This document shows, piece by piece, positions 1 to 10,859 of a stretch of DNA of 24,000 nucleotides (the first letter of the stretch is position 1; each line of letters starts with the position of its first letter). The position numbers were made by a program, and so were the translations under genes. This stretch comes from Providencia alcalifaciens. GTDB lineage: Bacteria > Pseudomonadota > Gammaproteobacteria > Enterobacterales > Enterobacteriaceae. Location: assembly GCA_025961275.1 (NCBI GenBank), contig JAOQNJ010000001.1:59353-83352 (forward strand), read 5' to 3'. The notes below the pieces were generated by a model. The model saw only the letters and a list, made by a program, of their open reading frames with translations, was not told where the DNA came from and did no database searches.

Positions 1-1306
1 TTTGTACGATGTTATATTAAACACTTACATAATGATTCAAATGGTTTATGGCGGCTTACCCCGAGCGTTTAAATTATCGATAATTTGAATTAGCCATCTA
101 CGGAGCTACCGTTGATTATGCATATAATCGAGTCCAGCTATTCAAGTCAGGCTGTTTATCAATGTTCCTCTAAATAGTTCAGCTTATTGGTCCTTATAAC
201 GTATATATTTTGTTGATTCATTAAACGTAAATTTAGATTGTTTTTTATACAAAACAATCAATCTAGCGCTACATCCATATCAGAGAAAGTTATCCACAGA
301 TTGATGGGGGAATTACCCACAGAAAATGTGGATGGTGTGAGTATTAATATGATATGCGTCCTTCATTCATCAAGACATCTGTAATAGTACGTGCAAGTAA
401 AACCCGTTGTTCAAGTCATGATTACTTTTTGTTGGAGGAAGTTTTTCGTAGGTTGCACATTTTATTTCAAATTATTTTAGTTAAAGATAATAAACGTTCT
501 ATTTTTATGTAATAGATGTTTCTATCGGTTGCGTGAATAAAATAGGTGATGGCTAATTTGTTAAAATTACAACATAGAAGGATTATCACTCTAAGCTATT
601 AAATATATATAACTAATTATTGTAAATAAAAAAAGGAGATGTCATAAAAGCCAATATAAATATAATTTTTGCTATAAAATATAACTAGTTTGCATATAAT
701 AAAAAATAAATTCATAGCTTAAATTTAGCAATAAGTGTAAATAATTGTTTACGATTTTGGCTAAGTGGCGGTTTATCGCCTATTTTGAAAATTATTTACT
801 ATGTAACAAATAGTTAAATTTTGGTTATGTTAAGTGAGTTGCATCACATTTTTACTATTTTAACTCATATTAAGCTATGAGGCTGATTTTTAAATCAAAT
901 TTTTATTGAATGAAGTTATGTTTATCAGGTAAAGTCTGTGTCCTAGCGGTTGGTATAGTTGGTGTCACATTATATTTTACGCTGTTTTAAATCGAATAGA
1001 AGTCAATAAATGAATGGTTTATTAGGTTGACGCTAAATGAAATTAGTAACAAACTCTAGTCTTCGCAGAAATTCGCCAAAGAGTGATAGACGCGATAGAA
1101 TGCTGTCTACAGAGGGAAAGTAGTTCTTACAATGTATTATTAGTATTAACTAACCCCTTAAGCGAAAGCAAAAGCGCTTGATACAGATGTTCCTGTATCG
1201 TTATGCAACATAGCTACTAATAATAATGCTATGGGCAAACCCAGTATGTAACGTGACATGTTGCGTTATAATTTTAATTTTAGACTTACACACAGGGCTT
1301 ATCATC

Positions 1307-1819
1307 ATGTCTGCTTCTATTGTTAAGAAACGGCCGTTGAGTCGTTATATTAAAGATTTTAAACACAGCCAAACGCATTGCGCGCATTGCCATAAAACAC
1401 TGGATCGCATATCGCTTGTCTTTAACGATGCTATCTTAAATAAAGAAGCCATTGCTGAGATGACTCAACTTGTTGATGAAAGTGAATGGCTAGAGTTACA
1501 AGATAAATTTACTGCACTTTGTCGTTTTTGTAGCGAAATTTACTGCAATAGTAATACTGACTATTTTGACATCATGTCATTCAAACAGTACCTATTTTTA
1601 CAGACTGAAATGAGCCATAGCACAGTTCGTGAATATGTTGTCCGCTTGCGTCGCCTTGATGAGCTTTTATCTTCATCTAATTTCTCAATGAAAGAGTTTA
1701 CGCCAGCTAAAATTCAAGAACAGTTAAGTGACAAAATGACTGAATCTGCATTCAGTAATTATAATATTGCCCTGCGTAAATATGAGCAATATTTGTCTTG
1801 GGAATTAGAACAAAATTAA
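1307..1819 (+). CDS. fliZ: FliZ-like flagella/sigma-S antagonist regulatory protein
   Basis: Protein from MSASIVKKRPLSRYIKDFKHSQTHCAHCHKTLDRI...ALCRFCSEIYC...DIMSFKQYLFLQTEMSHSTVREYVVRLRRL...NYNIALRKYEQY closely follows remembered enterobacterial FliZ sequence. Start chosen at the internal Met (1307) because the preceding 27 aa have no FliZ character. Confidence 0.9.
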   Translation: MSASIVKKRPLSRYIKDFKHSQTHCAHCHKTLDRISLVFNDAILNKEAIAEMTQLVDESEWLELQDKFTALCRFCSEIYCNSNTDYFDIMSFKQYLFLQTEMSHSTVREYVVRLRRLDELLSSSNFSMKEFTPAKIQEQLSDKMTESAFSNYNIALRKYEQYLSWELEQN

Positions 1820-2138
1820 TCATCGTTAGCTTCGAATACAAACGTGACTTATTCAAAGTAGAACGATTGAACTTATATCAGGTGTCCTTTTGGGGCACCT
1901 ATTTGTTTTTATATCCTGCCATATTTTAAATTACTGTTCACAGTAAAGCCTACCACCTGTTCTATACAATTATCTATATTGCTCAGCTAGTTTTGCAGCT
2001 TGTCTCTATACAATTCAAATTATTTTGGGAATAGCTTTGCTTGCAGCTTGCATTGTTCTTAGATCATAACGGTTATTTTTATAAGGAAGGATATAAATTA
2101 CCTGAGCCCAAGATAGGATTGGGCCCAGATATGTTTAA

Positions 2139-5100
2139 TTAACCAATCGTCATAAGACTAGCATTTCCACCTGCAGCAGCAGTGTTAATACTTAATGATC
2201 TTTCATGTACTAATCTTTCTAGTAGTAAGTTAGTTTCACTACGCTCGAACCCTTGAACCGAAATAATAGGGCCCTTGCGGTTAGCCACTATTTCACAAAC
2301 CGATTTTAATTGGTCACTGTCTCCATGATGGATCACCGCTTCAATATGTCCAGTATGTTCTTGCCAATTTTTTGTCACGGAGATTACATTACGTACTTTC
2401 TCCGGTAATGCTTTGTATAGTCTTTGATGCATGTCACTTTCAGGCCACAATGCATGGCATCCACTTGAAAGAACACCAGCGAGTTGTACTAAACAATCTT
2501 TTTCATTGTCACTAATACATAAAATAGTGCCACGAGGATAGAGTGTATAAGTATTTTTCTCACCCGTAGGTCCCGGTAATAAGCGAGAAGTCCCTGCCTG
2601 AGCATGGTGAGCAAATTTTTCTAGTATCATCGGTTCCACTTGTTCATTTTGCTTTTCCAACCATGAAGTAAAGGCATCAAAAGGTTCAAGTAAGGCTGGG
2701 CGAGCGCTAGCATCCATTGGCAATTCATTGTCTTGTCTTTCAAGAGTGCGGCATACTGCATTATCAGGACGTTCACTCAGCAGTCGGTATAAATAAAGTG
2801 GCCCACCCGCTTTAGGACCAGTACCAGAAAGGCCTTCTCCACCAAATGGTTGAACACCCACAACAGCACCAACCATATTCCGATTCACATACAAGTTACC
2901 CACTTTTGCTTTAGCAATAACTTGATTAATGGTTTCATCAATGCGGGTATGAACACCAAGAGTAAGCCCATATCCTGCTGCGTTAATTTGATCGACAAGT
3001 CCAGCCAACTCCTCGCGTTTATAACGTACAACGTGCAGTACAGGCCCAAAGATTTCTTTTTTTAGTTCATTAATATTGCTCAATTCTATCAGTGTTGGTT
3101 TAACGTATGTGCCTTCGGATTGTTCACTTAGGTCTTCAATATTATTGAAGACCGCTTGAAACACGTCTTTACCCTTGCTGCGCATTTGCTGAATATGCTG
3201 TTCAATATTCTCTTTAGCTTCGTTATCGATAACAGGACCAATATCAGTTGATAGGTGTTCTGGATTCGCCATTCGACATTCTTCCATTGCACCTTTTAAC
3301 ATGCGAATAGTTCGATCAGCAACATCATCCTGAATACAAAGAATACGTAAAGCAGAGCAACGTTGACCCGCGCTATCGAATGCGGAGGCGACGACATCAG
3401 TTACAACTTGTTCTGTCAACGCGGAGGAATCCACTATCATGGCATTCAATCCACCTGTTTCAGCGATTAATGGTGTCGGCCGACCCTGAGCATCTAATCT
3501 TCCTGCGATATTACGCTGCAGTAATCCCGCAACTTCAGTAGAGCCCGTGAACATCACACCACGAACTATTGGATCTCCGACTAACTTCGCGCCAATAGTT
3601 TCACCTTTACCCGGAAGTAGCTGTAAAGCTTCACGAGGAATACCGGCCTGATGTAGCATTGATACTGCAACCGCCGCTATTAATGGGGTTTGCTCCGCAG
3701 GTTTAGCAAGAACTGTGTTACCTGCTGCAAGTGCAGCGGCAATTTGCCCAGTAAAAATTGCTAGTGGGAAGTTCCATGGACTAATACAAACCACGGGACC
3801 TAATGGGCGATGAGTATTGTTATCAAAATCATCACGAACTTGGGTCGCATAGTAATTAAGGAAATCCACTGCCTCACGAACTTCTGCAATCGCATTTGCA
3901 TATGTTTTTCCAGCTTCGCGTACCAATACATCAAGCAAAGGTTGTAATTGTTGTTCCATAATATCGGCTGCGCGTAATAATATAGAGGCACGTTCTGATG
4001 GCGGGGTAGCAAACCAAATAGCACCTGCGTCATTAGCGACATTTAATGCGTGGTCAGCTTCATCTAATGTAGCTTCACGAAGATGTCCGACAATATCTTT
4101 ATGACAAGCTGGATTGAAAACAGGTGTTATGGTATTGGGGGCAACCTCTGTTGCTTGGTAATGGCCACCGAGTAGTGGCTGAGCTAATTTTTCTTGCATA
4201 GACGCAGTCAGAAGAGCACTAGAAAGTGAAGCTAAACGATGCTCGTTTGACATATCAAGTCCTATTGAATTCACTCGACGCTTCCCGTAAAGGTCGCGAG
4301 GTAATCCAATTTTAGGATGAGGTAATCCGATTTGACCTTCAGTTTTAGATAGCTCTAGTACATCTTTAACGGGATCAGCAACAAGTTCATCGAGTGGAAT
4401 AGTCGCATCGCCAATTCGGTTAACAAATGAAGTATTCGCACCATTCTCTAATAAACGTCGAACTAAGTATGCGAGTAACGTTTCATGAGTACCAACAGGT
4501 GCATAGATACGACAAGGACGGTTGAGTTTGCCATCAGCCACTTTTCCAACAACCTGTTCATACAGAGGTTCACCCATACCATGTAAACATTGGAACTCAT
4601 ATTGACCAGGGTAGTAATTTTTACCTGCAATTTGGTAAATAGCAGCTAATGTATGTGCATTATGAGTCGCAAATTGAGGGTAAATAAGATTTGGTACTGA
4701 CAATAATTTGCGAGCACAGGCGATGTATGAAACGTCGGTATATACCTTACGAGTATAGACCGGGTAACCTTCGAGTCCGTCCATTTGCGCACGTTTTATC
4801 TCACTATCCCAATAAGCACCTTTTACTAGGCGGATCATCAGTCGACGCTTGCTGCGTTCGGCAAGTTCAATAATAGAATCGATCACAAACGGGCAGCGTT
4901 TTTGATAGGCTTGGATAACAAAGCCAATACCATTCCAGCCTGCAAGTTTTGGTTCAAAGCAAAGTCTTTCGAGCAAGTCGAGTGAAATTTCTAAACGATC
5001 AGCTTCTTCAGCATCAATATTTATACCCACATCATACTGGTGAGCTTGTAAAACTAACGATAATAGACGTGGATACAGCTCATCCATTACTCGGGAATAT

Positions 5101-6125
5101 TGTGCTCGACTATAACGTGGATGCAAAGCAGATAGCTTGATAGAAATACCCGGACCTTCATAGATACCTCTACCATTGGATGCTTTACCAATAGCATGAA
5201 TAGCCTGTTGATAAGAGATCATATAATCTTGAGCATCTTTTTCAGTTAGTGCTGCTTCACCCAGCATATCGTAAGAGTAACGGAAGCCTTTTTCTTCGAG
5301 TTTACGTGCGTTGGCTAACGCTTGTGCGATAGTTTCACCGGTGACGAACTGCTCACCCATCAAGCGCATTGCCATATCGACGCCTTTACGAACCAAAGGC
5401 TCCCCACTTTTACTTAAAATGCGGTTTAATGAGCTGGATAGCTTCGCTTCGTTATGAGTAGAAACCAGTTTTCCGGTGAAAAGTAATCCCCATGTTGCTG
5501 CATTGACAAACATTGAGCTACTTTGACCCAAATGAGATTGCCAGTTACCACTGCTGATTTTGTCACGAATAAGGGCATCTCGGGTCGCTTTGTCAGGAAT
5601 ACGTAATAGCGCTTCGGCAAGGCACATTAGCGCGACGCCCTCTTGAGAAGAAAGGGAGAACTCTTGTAGTAAACCTTGAACTAGACCTGCACGGCCAATT
5701 CCATTTTTTTGATTGCGTAATTTTTCAGCAATTGAATAGGCTAACTTGTGCGCAGCATCCGCTTGCTCGGTAGGAAGTAGAGCTTGCTGTAATAGCATTG
5801 GTAGTGCTTGTGTTTCAGGGATACGGTAAGCAGAAGTAATCGCGGAACGTTTAACTGATTGAGGTAAAATATGCTCTGCGAAATCCAAGAATGGTTGATA
5901 ATTCGATTCAGTTAATGATTCTTCTTCTGATATTTGGCCATCTTTGCTATCTTGTCCTGCGGAAAATTCAGGGATGAACTGCTCATTATCAAGCTGCTCA
6001 AGATAATTAAATATGGCTTGCTTAATTAACCAATGCGACGTGCGGTCGAGACGTTGAGCAGCAGCTTTAATGCGTTCACGAGTCGCTTCATCAAGTCTCA
6101 CACCCATAGTTGTAGTACTACTCAT
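2139..6125 (-). CDS. putA: Trifunctional transcriptional regulator / proline dehydrogenase / L-glutamate gamma-semialdehyde dehydrogenase
   Basis: 1328 aa. N-terminal ribbon-helix-helix-like [37 protein letters not shown] barrel ([17 protein letters not shown]), ALDH domain ([39 protein letters not shown]; [13 protein letters not shown]; [27 protein letters not shown]). Confidence 0.98.
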   Translation of the reverse strand: MSSTTTMGVRLDEATRERIKAAAQRLDRTSHWLIKQAIFNYLEQLDNEQFIPEFSAGQDSKDGQISEEESLTESNYQPFLDFAEHILPQSVKRSAITSAYRIPETQALPMLLQQALLPTEQADAAHKLAYSIAEKLRNQKNGIGRAGLVQGLLQEFSLSSQEGVALMCLAEALLRIPDKATRDALIRDKISSGNWQSHLGQSSSMFVNAATWGLLFTGKLVSTHNEAKLSSSLNRILSKSGEPLVRKGVDMAMRLMGEQFVTGETIAQALANARKLEEKGFRYSYDMLGEAALTEKDAQDYMISYQQAIHAIGKASNGRGIYEGPGISIKLSALHPRYSRAQYSRVMDELYPRLLSLVLQAHQYDVGINIDAEEADRLEISLDLLERLCFEPKLAGWNGIGFVIQAYQKRCPFVIDSIIELAERSKRRLMIRLVKGAYWDSEIKRAQMDGLEGYPVYTRKVYTDVSYIACARKLLSVPNLIYPQFATHNAHTLAAIYQIAGKNYYPGQYEFQCLHGMGEPLYEQVVGKVADGKLNRPCRIYAPVGTHETLLAYLVRRLLENGANTSFVNRIGDATIPLDELVADPVKDVLELSKTEGQIGLPHPKIGLPRDLYGKRRVNSIGLDMSNEHRLASLSSALLTASMQEKLAQPLLGGHYQATEVAPNTITPVFNPACHKDIVGHLREATLDEADHALNVANDAGAIWFATPPSERASILLRAADIMEQQLQPLLDVLVREAGKTYANAIAEVREAVDFLNYYATQVRDDFDNNTHRPLGPVVCISPWNFPLAIFTGQIAAALAAGNTVLAKPAEQTPLIAAVAVSMLHQAGIPREALQLLPGKGETIGAKLVGDPIVRGVMFTGSTEVAGLLQRNIAGRLDAQGRPTPLIAETGGLNAMIVDSSALTEQVVTDVVASAFDSAGQRCSALRILCIQDDVADRTIRMLKGAMEECRMANPEHLSTDIGPVIDNEAKENIEQHIQQMRSKGKDVFQAVFNNIEDLSEQSEGTYVKPTLIELSNINELKKEIFGPVLHVVRYKREELAGLVDQINAAGYGLTLGVHTRIDETINQVIAKAKVGNLYVNRNMVGAVVGVQPFGGEGLSGTGPKAGGPLYLYRLLSERPDNAVCRTLERQDNELPMDASARPALLEPFDAFTSWLEKQNEQVEPMILEKFAHHAQAGTSRLLPGPTGEKNTYTLYPRGTILCISDNEKDCLVQLAGVLSSGCHALWPESDMHQRLYKALPEKVRNVISVTKNWQEHTGHIEAVIHHGDSDQLKSVCEIVANRKGPIISVQGFERSETNLLLERLVHERSLSINTAAAGGNASLMTIG

Positions 6126-6180
6126 CCCATTTCCTCTAAATAATTAGGACCAAAAACAAAAAAGTGACACATCAATAGCA

Positions 6181-6560
6181 TGATGTTGCAACTTTGTGCA
6201 ACATAGTTAAGACAATTCTATATGAATTGTGAATGATATCTTACTTTTATTTGTTAATTAGTATAATTAGAAAGGAAATTGATTTTTTATCTTTATTATT
6301 CAATTTCTTAACTGGTTTTTTTTGCGTATTAGTAACTTAATCAAATTATTGAATCTATATATCAATAGTTCAATATTTGTGATAGGGGTATCGTTTATGA
6401 AATTAAATAGAGTTAATTTCTTGTTAAATTCAAATAGGGTTAGCTAGCATACAAACCGCTATCTTTAAATAAGTGCAACACAACATAATTAAAATACACA
6501 AAGTATTTATTATTTAATTTGCGAGTGTGCAATTAATTGCAACAAATCTGAGTGTGCAAA
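6181..6560. promoter_or_regulatory. putA-putP divergent control region with PutA-type operator boxes
   Basis: GTTGCA or its complement TGCAAC at 6185-6190, 6197-6202 (inverted pair), 6474-6479 and 6538-6543. Direct repeat GAGTGTGCAA at 6523-6532 and 6550-6559. GTTGCA is the known E. coli PutA operator core. Confidence 0.65.
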
Positions 6561-6618
6561 TTTTTAATGAATTAAAAATAACTATTCAATAAATATAACT
6601 ATTTTATGGAGAAGGTGT

Positions 6619-8103
6619 ATGACTGCAAGCACACCAATGATCATTACGTTCGTCATTTATATTACGGGTATGTTACTTATTGGCTATTTAGCATATCGCT
6701 CAACAAAAAACTTTGATGACTACATTCTTGGAGGACGAAGTTTAGGTAGTGTCGTGACTGCATTATCTGCAGGAGCTTCCGATATGAGTGGTTGGTTATT
6801 AATGGGACTACCGGGGGCGATTTTTATCGCGGGAATTTCAGAGAGCTGGATCGCGATAGGATTAACGTTAGGAGCCTACCTGAATTGGCTCTTCGTCGCA
6901 GGACGTCTACGAGTACAGACAGAAAAAAATAATAATGCGTTAACATTGCCTGATTATTTTACTAGTCGCTTTGAAGATAATAGTAAAATATTACGCATTA
7001 TCTCTGCTGTTGTTATTCTTGTGTTCTTTACTATTTATTGTGCTTCAGGGGTTGTTGCTGGAGGCTTACTATTTGAAAGCACCTTTAATATCAGCTATGA
7101 AAAAGCAATGTGGTTAGGTGCCCTTGCAACGATTGCATATACTTTCCTTGGGGGCTTTCTTGCAGTCAGCTGGACGGATACTGTGCAAGCATCATTGATG
7201 ATATTTGCACTGATATTAACACCTGTTGTGATTATTCTTTCACTCGGTGGTTTTGACACTGCAGTTGATGTGATCAAGGCCAAAAATCCTGAATATCTCG
7301 ACATGTTTAAGGGATTGAATTTTGTAGCAATTATTTCATTGCTCGGCTGGGGACTTGGATATTTTGGCCAACCGCATATCTTAGCGCGTTTTATGGCTGC
7401 TGATTCACATCATACTATTCGTTCAGCTCGACGCATTAGTATGACATGGATGATCCTTTGCCTTGGCGGAACCACCGCAGTTGGTTTCTTCGGTATCGCT
7501 TACTTTGAATTAAATCCTGCATTATCGGCTTCAGTCATGGCGAATAACGAGCGTATTTTTATGGAATTGGCGGGAATACTGTTTAATCCATGGATCGCAG
7601 GTATTCTTCTGTCAGCCATTTTAGCTGCGGTGATGAGTACACTGAGTTGCCAATTATTAGTGTGTGCAAGTGCCTTAACTGAAGACTTATATAAACCTTT
7701 TATTCGTAAAACTGCTAGCCAAAAAGAGTTAGTTTGGGTTGGTCGTTTCATGGTTCTATTAGTTGCGGCAATCGCTATCTATATTGCACGCGACCCGAAT
7801 AGCAAAGTTTTGGCTTTGGTCAGTAATGCTTGGGCTGGTTTTGGTGCCGCATTCGGTCCTGTTGTCTTGATGTCAGTCATGTGGAAGCGAATGACAAGAA
7901 CTGGGGCGCTCGCCGGCATGCTGGTTGGTGCGGTGACTGTACTTATTTGGATGAAATTCAAGTGGTTTGGTCTGTATGAAATCATCCCAGGCTTTATTTT
8001 GGCTGCTTTGGCTATCTTCATCGTGAGCTTAATAACCAAAGCACCAAGTGTGGCGGCACAGACTCGTTTTGAAGAAGCAGAAGCTGAATATAAAACGAAA
8101 TAA
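6619..8103 (+). CDS. putP: Sodium/proline symporter
   Basis: 494-aa SSS-family membrane protein: RSTKNFDDYILGGRSLGSVVTALSAGASDMSGWLLMGLPG, LLSAILAAVMSTLSCQLLVCASALTEDLYK. Divergent from putA. RBS ggagaagg upstream. Confidence 0.97.
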   Translation: MTASTPMIITFVIYITGMLLIGYLAYRSTKNFDDYILGGRSLGSVVTALSAGASDMSGWLLMGLPGAIFIAGISESWIAIGLTLGAYLNWLFVAGRLRVQTEKNNNALTLPDYFTSRFEDNSKILRIISAVVILVFFTIYCASGVVAGGLLFESTFNISYEKAMWLGALATIAYTFLGGFLAVSWTDTVQASLMIFALILTPVVIILSLGGFDTAVDVIKAKNPEYLDMFKGLNFVAIISLLGWGLGYFGQPHILARFMAADSHHTIRSARRISMTWMILCLGGTTAVGFFGIAYFELNPALSASVMANNERIFMELAGILFNPWIAGILLSAILAAVMSTLSCQLLVCASALTEDLYKPFIRKTASQKELVWVGRFMVLLVAAIAIYIARDPNSKVLALVSNAWAGFGAAFGPVVLMSVMWKRMTRTGALAGMLVGAVTVLIWMKFKWFGLYEIIPGFILAALAIFIVSLITKAPSVAAQTRFEEAEAEYKTK

Positions 8104-8121
8104 TGACTCGCAGTAAAAATG

Positions 8122-8157
8122 ATAAAGGCCGAATAGTGATACGTATTCGGCCTTTAT
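8122..8157. terminator. Bidirectional rho-independent terminator between convergent putP and cycA
   Basis: 14-bp perfect stem ATAAAGGCCGAATA (8122-8135) / TATTCGGCCTTTAT (8144-8157), 8-nt loop, A/T-rich flanks. Confidence 0.9.
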
Positions 8158-8177
8158 TATATGTAAAATTTATACGT

Positions 8178-9596
8178 TTATTGCTGTTGTTTACGACGTT
8201 TCACGACGTTATATCCAATTAATAAGATAATAAACCAGATAGGTGTGGCGATCAGTGCTTGCCTAGTGTCATGTTGGAATGCCAATATAACAATCATAAA
8301 GGCAAAGAATGCGAGGCAAATCCATGACATCACAATACCTGCTGGCATTTTATAGTGAGATGCCTTATGCAGTTGGGGTCGATTTTTCCTGAATTTCAGA
8401 TAACTACATAAGATCATGCTCCAGATGAACATGAACAGGATTGCCGATACTGTAGTGACAAGCGTAAATGCATGCATGATATCTGGGATAAAGTAGATAA
8501 GAACGATACCAAAACTGAGACAGATACAGGTAAATATCAACCCAGTCGCAGGTACAGCTTTCTTTGATAAACGACTAAACTGTTTTGGTGCATCGCCTTC
8601 TTTTGATAAACCGAACAACATACGGCTTGTTGAAAATACGCCACTATTAGCAGAAGAGGCAGCGGACGTTAACACCACGAAGTTAACAATACTGGCTGCT
8701 GCAGGAAGGCTGATTAAGACAAACATCTCTACGAATGGGCTTTTATCTGCCAAAATAGTTCGCCATGGTGTGACCGCCATAATCACGATCAATGACAATA
8801 CATAAAAGGTGATGATCCGAAAAGGAATGGCATTAATCGCTTTCGGGAGTGATTTCTCTGGATCACGTGTTTCAGCCGCAGCTGTTCCCACAAGTTCAAT
8901 ACCGACAAAAGCAAAGATAGCGATTTGAAAGCCAGCAAAGAAACCACTAATTCCCATCGGGAACATACCGCCATCATTCCAAATATTGCTCAAAGATGCA
9001 GTATGGCCTGCTGGTGATTGGAAATTCATCGCGATGAGTGTGCCACCGACTGCAATTAATGCAATAATGGCAACAATTTTTATCATGGCAAACCAAAATT
9101 CCATTTCACCAAAAAGTTTCACCGAGACTAAGTTTAGTGCTAATAGAGTCACAACACAGATGAATGAGGTTATCCATTCAGGGTAACCTGGCGCCCAAAA
9201 ACTAACATAGGAAGTGATCGCGACTATATCGGCAATCCCTGTAATAACCCAACAAAACCAATAAGTCCAGCCGACAAAAAAACCTGCCCATGGACCAATA
9301 AGGTCAGCAGAAAAATCACTGAACGATTTATAATTAAGGTTAGAAAGTAGCAGTTCTCCCATTGCGCGCATGACAAAGAACAGCATGAACCCAATGATCA
9401 TATAAACAAAGATGATAGAGGGACCCGCAAGGGAGATAGTTTTACCTGAGCCCATAAATAGGCCTGTACCGATAGCACCACCAATAGCAATAAGTTGAAT
9501 ATGGCGGTTGCTAAGGCTACGTTTTAGCTGATTTTTGTCAGCAGAAGAATTAATCTGCGCTGAGGGTTGGTTTTCTTCCATATCATATCTATCCAA
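8178..9596 (-). CDS. cycA: D-serine/D-alanine/glycine permease (APC family)
   Basis: 472 aa. NRHIQLIAIGGAIGTGLFMGSGKTISLAGPSIIFVYMIIGFMLFFVMRAMGELLLSN, GWTYWFCWVITG, SAASSANSGVFSTSRMLFGL match remembered CycA almost exactly. Confidence 0.92.
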   Translation of the reverse strand: MDRYDMEENQPSAQINSSADKNQLKRSLSNRHIQLIAIGGAIGTGLFMGSGKTISLAGPSIIFVYMIIGFMLFFVMRAMGELLLSNLNYKSFSDFSADLIGPWAGFFVGWTYWFCWVITGIADIVAITSYVSFWAPGYPEWITSFICVVTLLALNLVSVKLFGEMEFWFAMIKIVAIIALIAVGGTLIAMNFQSPAGHTASLSNIWNDGGMFPMGISGFFAGFQIAIFAFVGIELVGTAAAETRDPEKSLPKAINAIPFRIITFYVLSLIVIMAVTPWRTILADKSPFVEMFVLISLPAAASIVNFVVLTSAASSANSGVFSTSRMLFGLSKEGDAPKQFSRLSKKAVPATGLIFTCICLSFGIVLIYFIPDIMHAFTLVTTVSAILFMFIWSMILCSYLKFRKNRPQLHKASHYKMPAGIVMSWICLAFFAFMIVILAFQHDTRQALIATPIWFIILLIGYNVVKRRKQQQ

Positions 9597-10774
9597 GGAG
9601 GTTGGTAATGTGCAGTCACAGTGTATTTTTAATTGTGTGACAGTGTTTGCGTGAAATATTGTGACATAAATATCAATCAGAGTAAGTAAAACTTAACTTA
9701 CTATCATCGAAGTGGCGATTACTTAATCTATTAGTGACATTCCGTTAACATTGGTAACTAAATTTTAATTATCTTAGTAAAAATAGCAGAATAATATTGA
9801 TTGCGCTAAATCTTAGGCGTTAAATAAATTCATTAGGTTATTAACCTAATTGATAGAGGCGATGACTTAAAAATCTAATTAACATAGCGTAACTATGGCT
9901 TATATTAAATAATTTTAGTCACTTAGAAATAATCCAAGTACCTTAGGTAAGTAGCGAATTCAATCATGCTGATTTTTTCAAAATGGCTTTCCGCCATTTG
10001 GTACTCCAAGTCTACAACAGGTATTTTTAATCGATTTTGAGTAAAAAAACATCGGCAATCGATGTGATAATCAAATAGCATACGTAATTCTCACTAGATC
10101 ACGTTTTTTCATAATACTTAAAATCAGAAAATATCGAAAAGAACAGCAAGTATATTGATTCTTATTTAGGTATGACCTCAATAGAATTTAGCTTTCTATG
10201 AGGCCTTAAATTCATTTATAATCAATGGATTGCACCTTAATCAAAATCATAACGAGTATTGTTTTCAGAACAGATCTCAATTCATTTTAATCCTATTAAA
10301 TAAACTAATAAGATAATGAAAATCTGCAGAGTTATTCTAATTGTATTATTAGACATCAATGTGACTGATTTAAATCCATTCGATGATAGGTAATCATCAT
10401 TCTGGTGACTAAATATAATTTTTTTATACATTAATTTGAGTGGTTAAGGATAAATAAGGCTGTAGATTGAATAAAAATAGGACGCTATATCATAATTTTT
10501 TGATAAAACAGCTAAAAATCATGGTCTATCTTAATTCTTTACCTTAAAAGAACAACTGCTTTGTGTTTGAACGGCCTATCAATAGACTTCTATCATTTAA
10601 TTATCGATAAACTAAGTGCAAATATTCATCAAGATAAAGTATTGGTTATTACCGGCTGCTAGTCATTCAGTAATAATATTTTTATGAGATACTCAGGATA
10701 ATGCAAGAGTATTGAGCGAATTTGTTATGTGAATGTCACAAAATTGTTAGCTTCAATTGGCTTATATAGCTTGA

Positions 10775-10790
10775 TGTGAGTTTGATCACG
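10775..10790 (+). promoter_or_regulatory. Putative CRP (cAMP receptor protein) binding site upstream of the sgc operon
   Basis: TGTGA-GTTTGA-TCACG, 9/10 match to the TGTGA-N6-TCACA consensus, about 70 bp upstream of the probable sgcX start. Confidence 0.6.
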
Positions 10791-10859
10791 ATTACCCCAC
10801 CTTTTTTTGCTTATAAATCGCTCACCTTTATGTCGTTTTATCAAAAGGAGCTTCTCCTT

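Noticed and set aside
1226-1306. N-terminal extension of the FliZ ORF (MLWANPVCNVTCCVIILILDLHTGLII)
   Set aside because: Hydrophobic and unlike any FliZ N-terminus I know. Internal Met at 1307 is the natural start.
2850-5620. Short ORFs inside putA on both strands (2850-3065, 3800-4042, 4691-4873, 4949-5140, 5426-5620)
   Set aside because: Fully embedded in the high-confidence putA coding sequence, with no independent RBS or recognisable motif. Treated as shadow ORFs.
10776-10859. N-terminal extension of the SgcX ORF starting at 10776
   Set aside because: It would overlap the CRP-like box and lacks an RBS. The AAGGAG at 10845 and the start of M42-like sequence support 10860.
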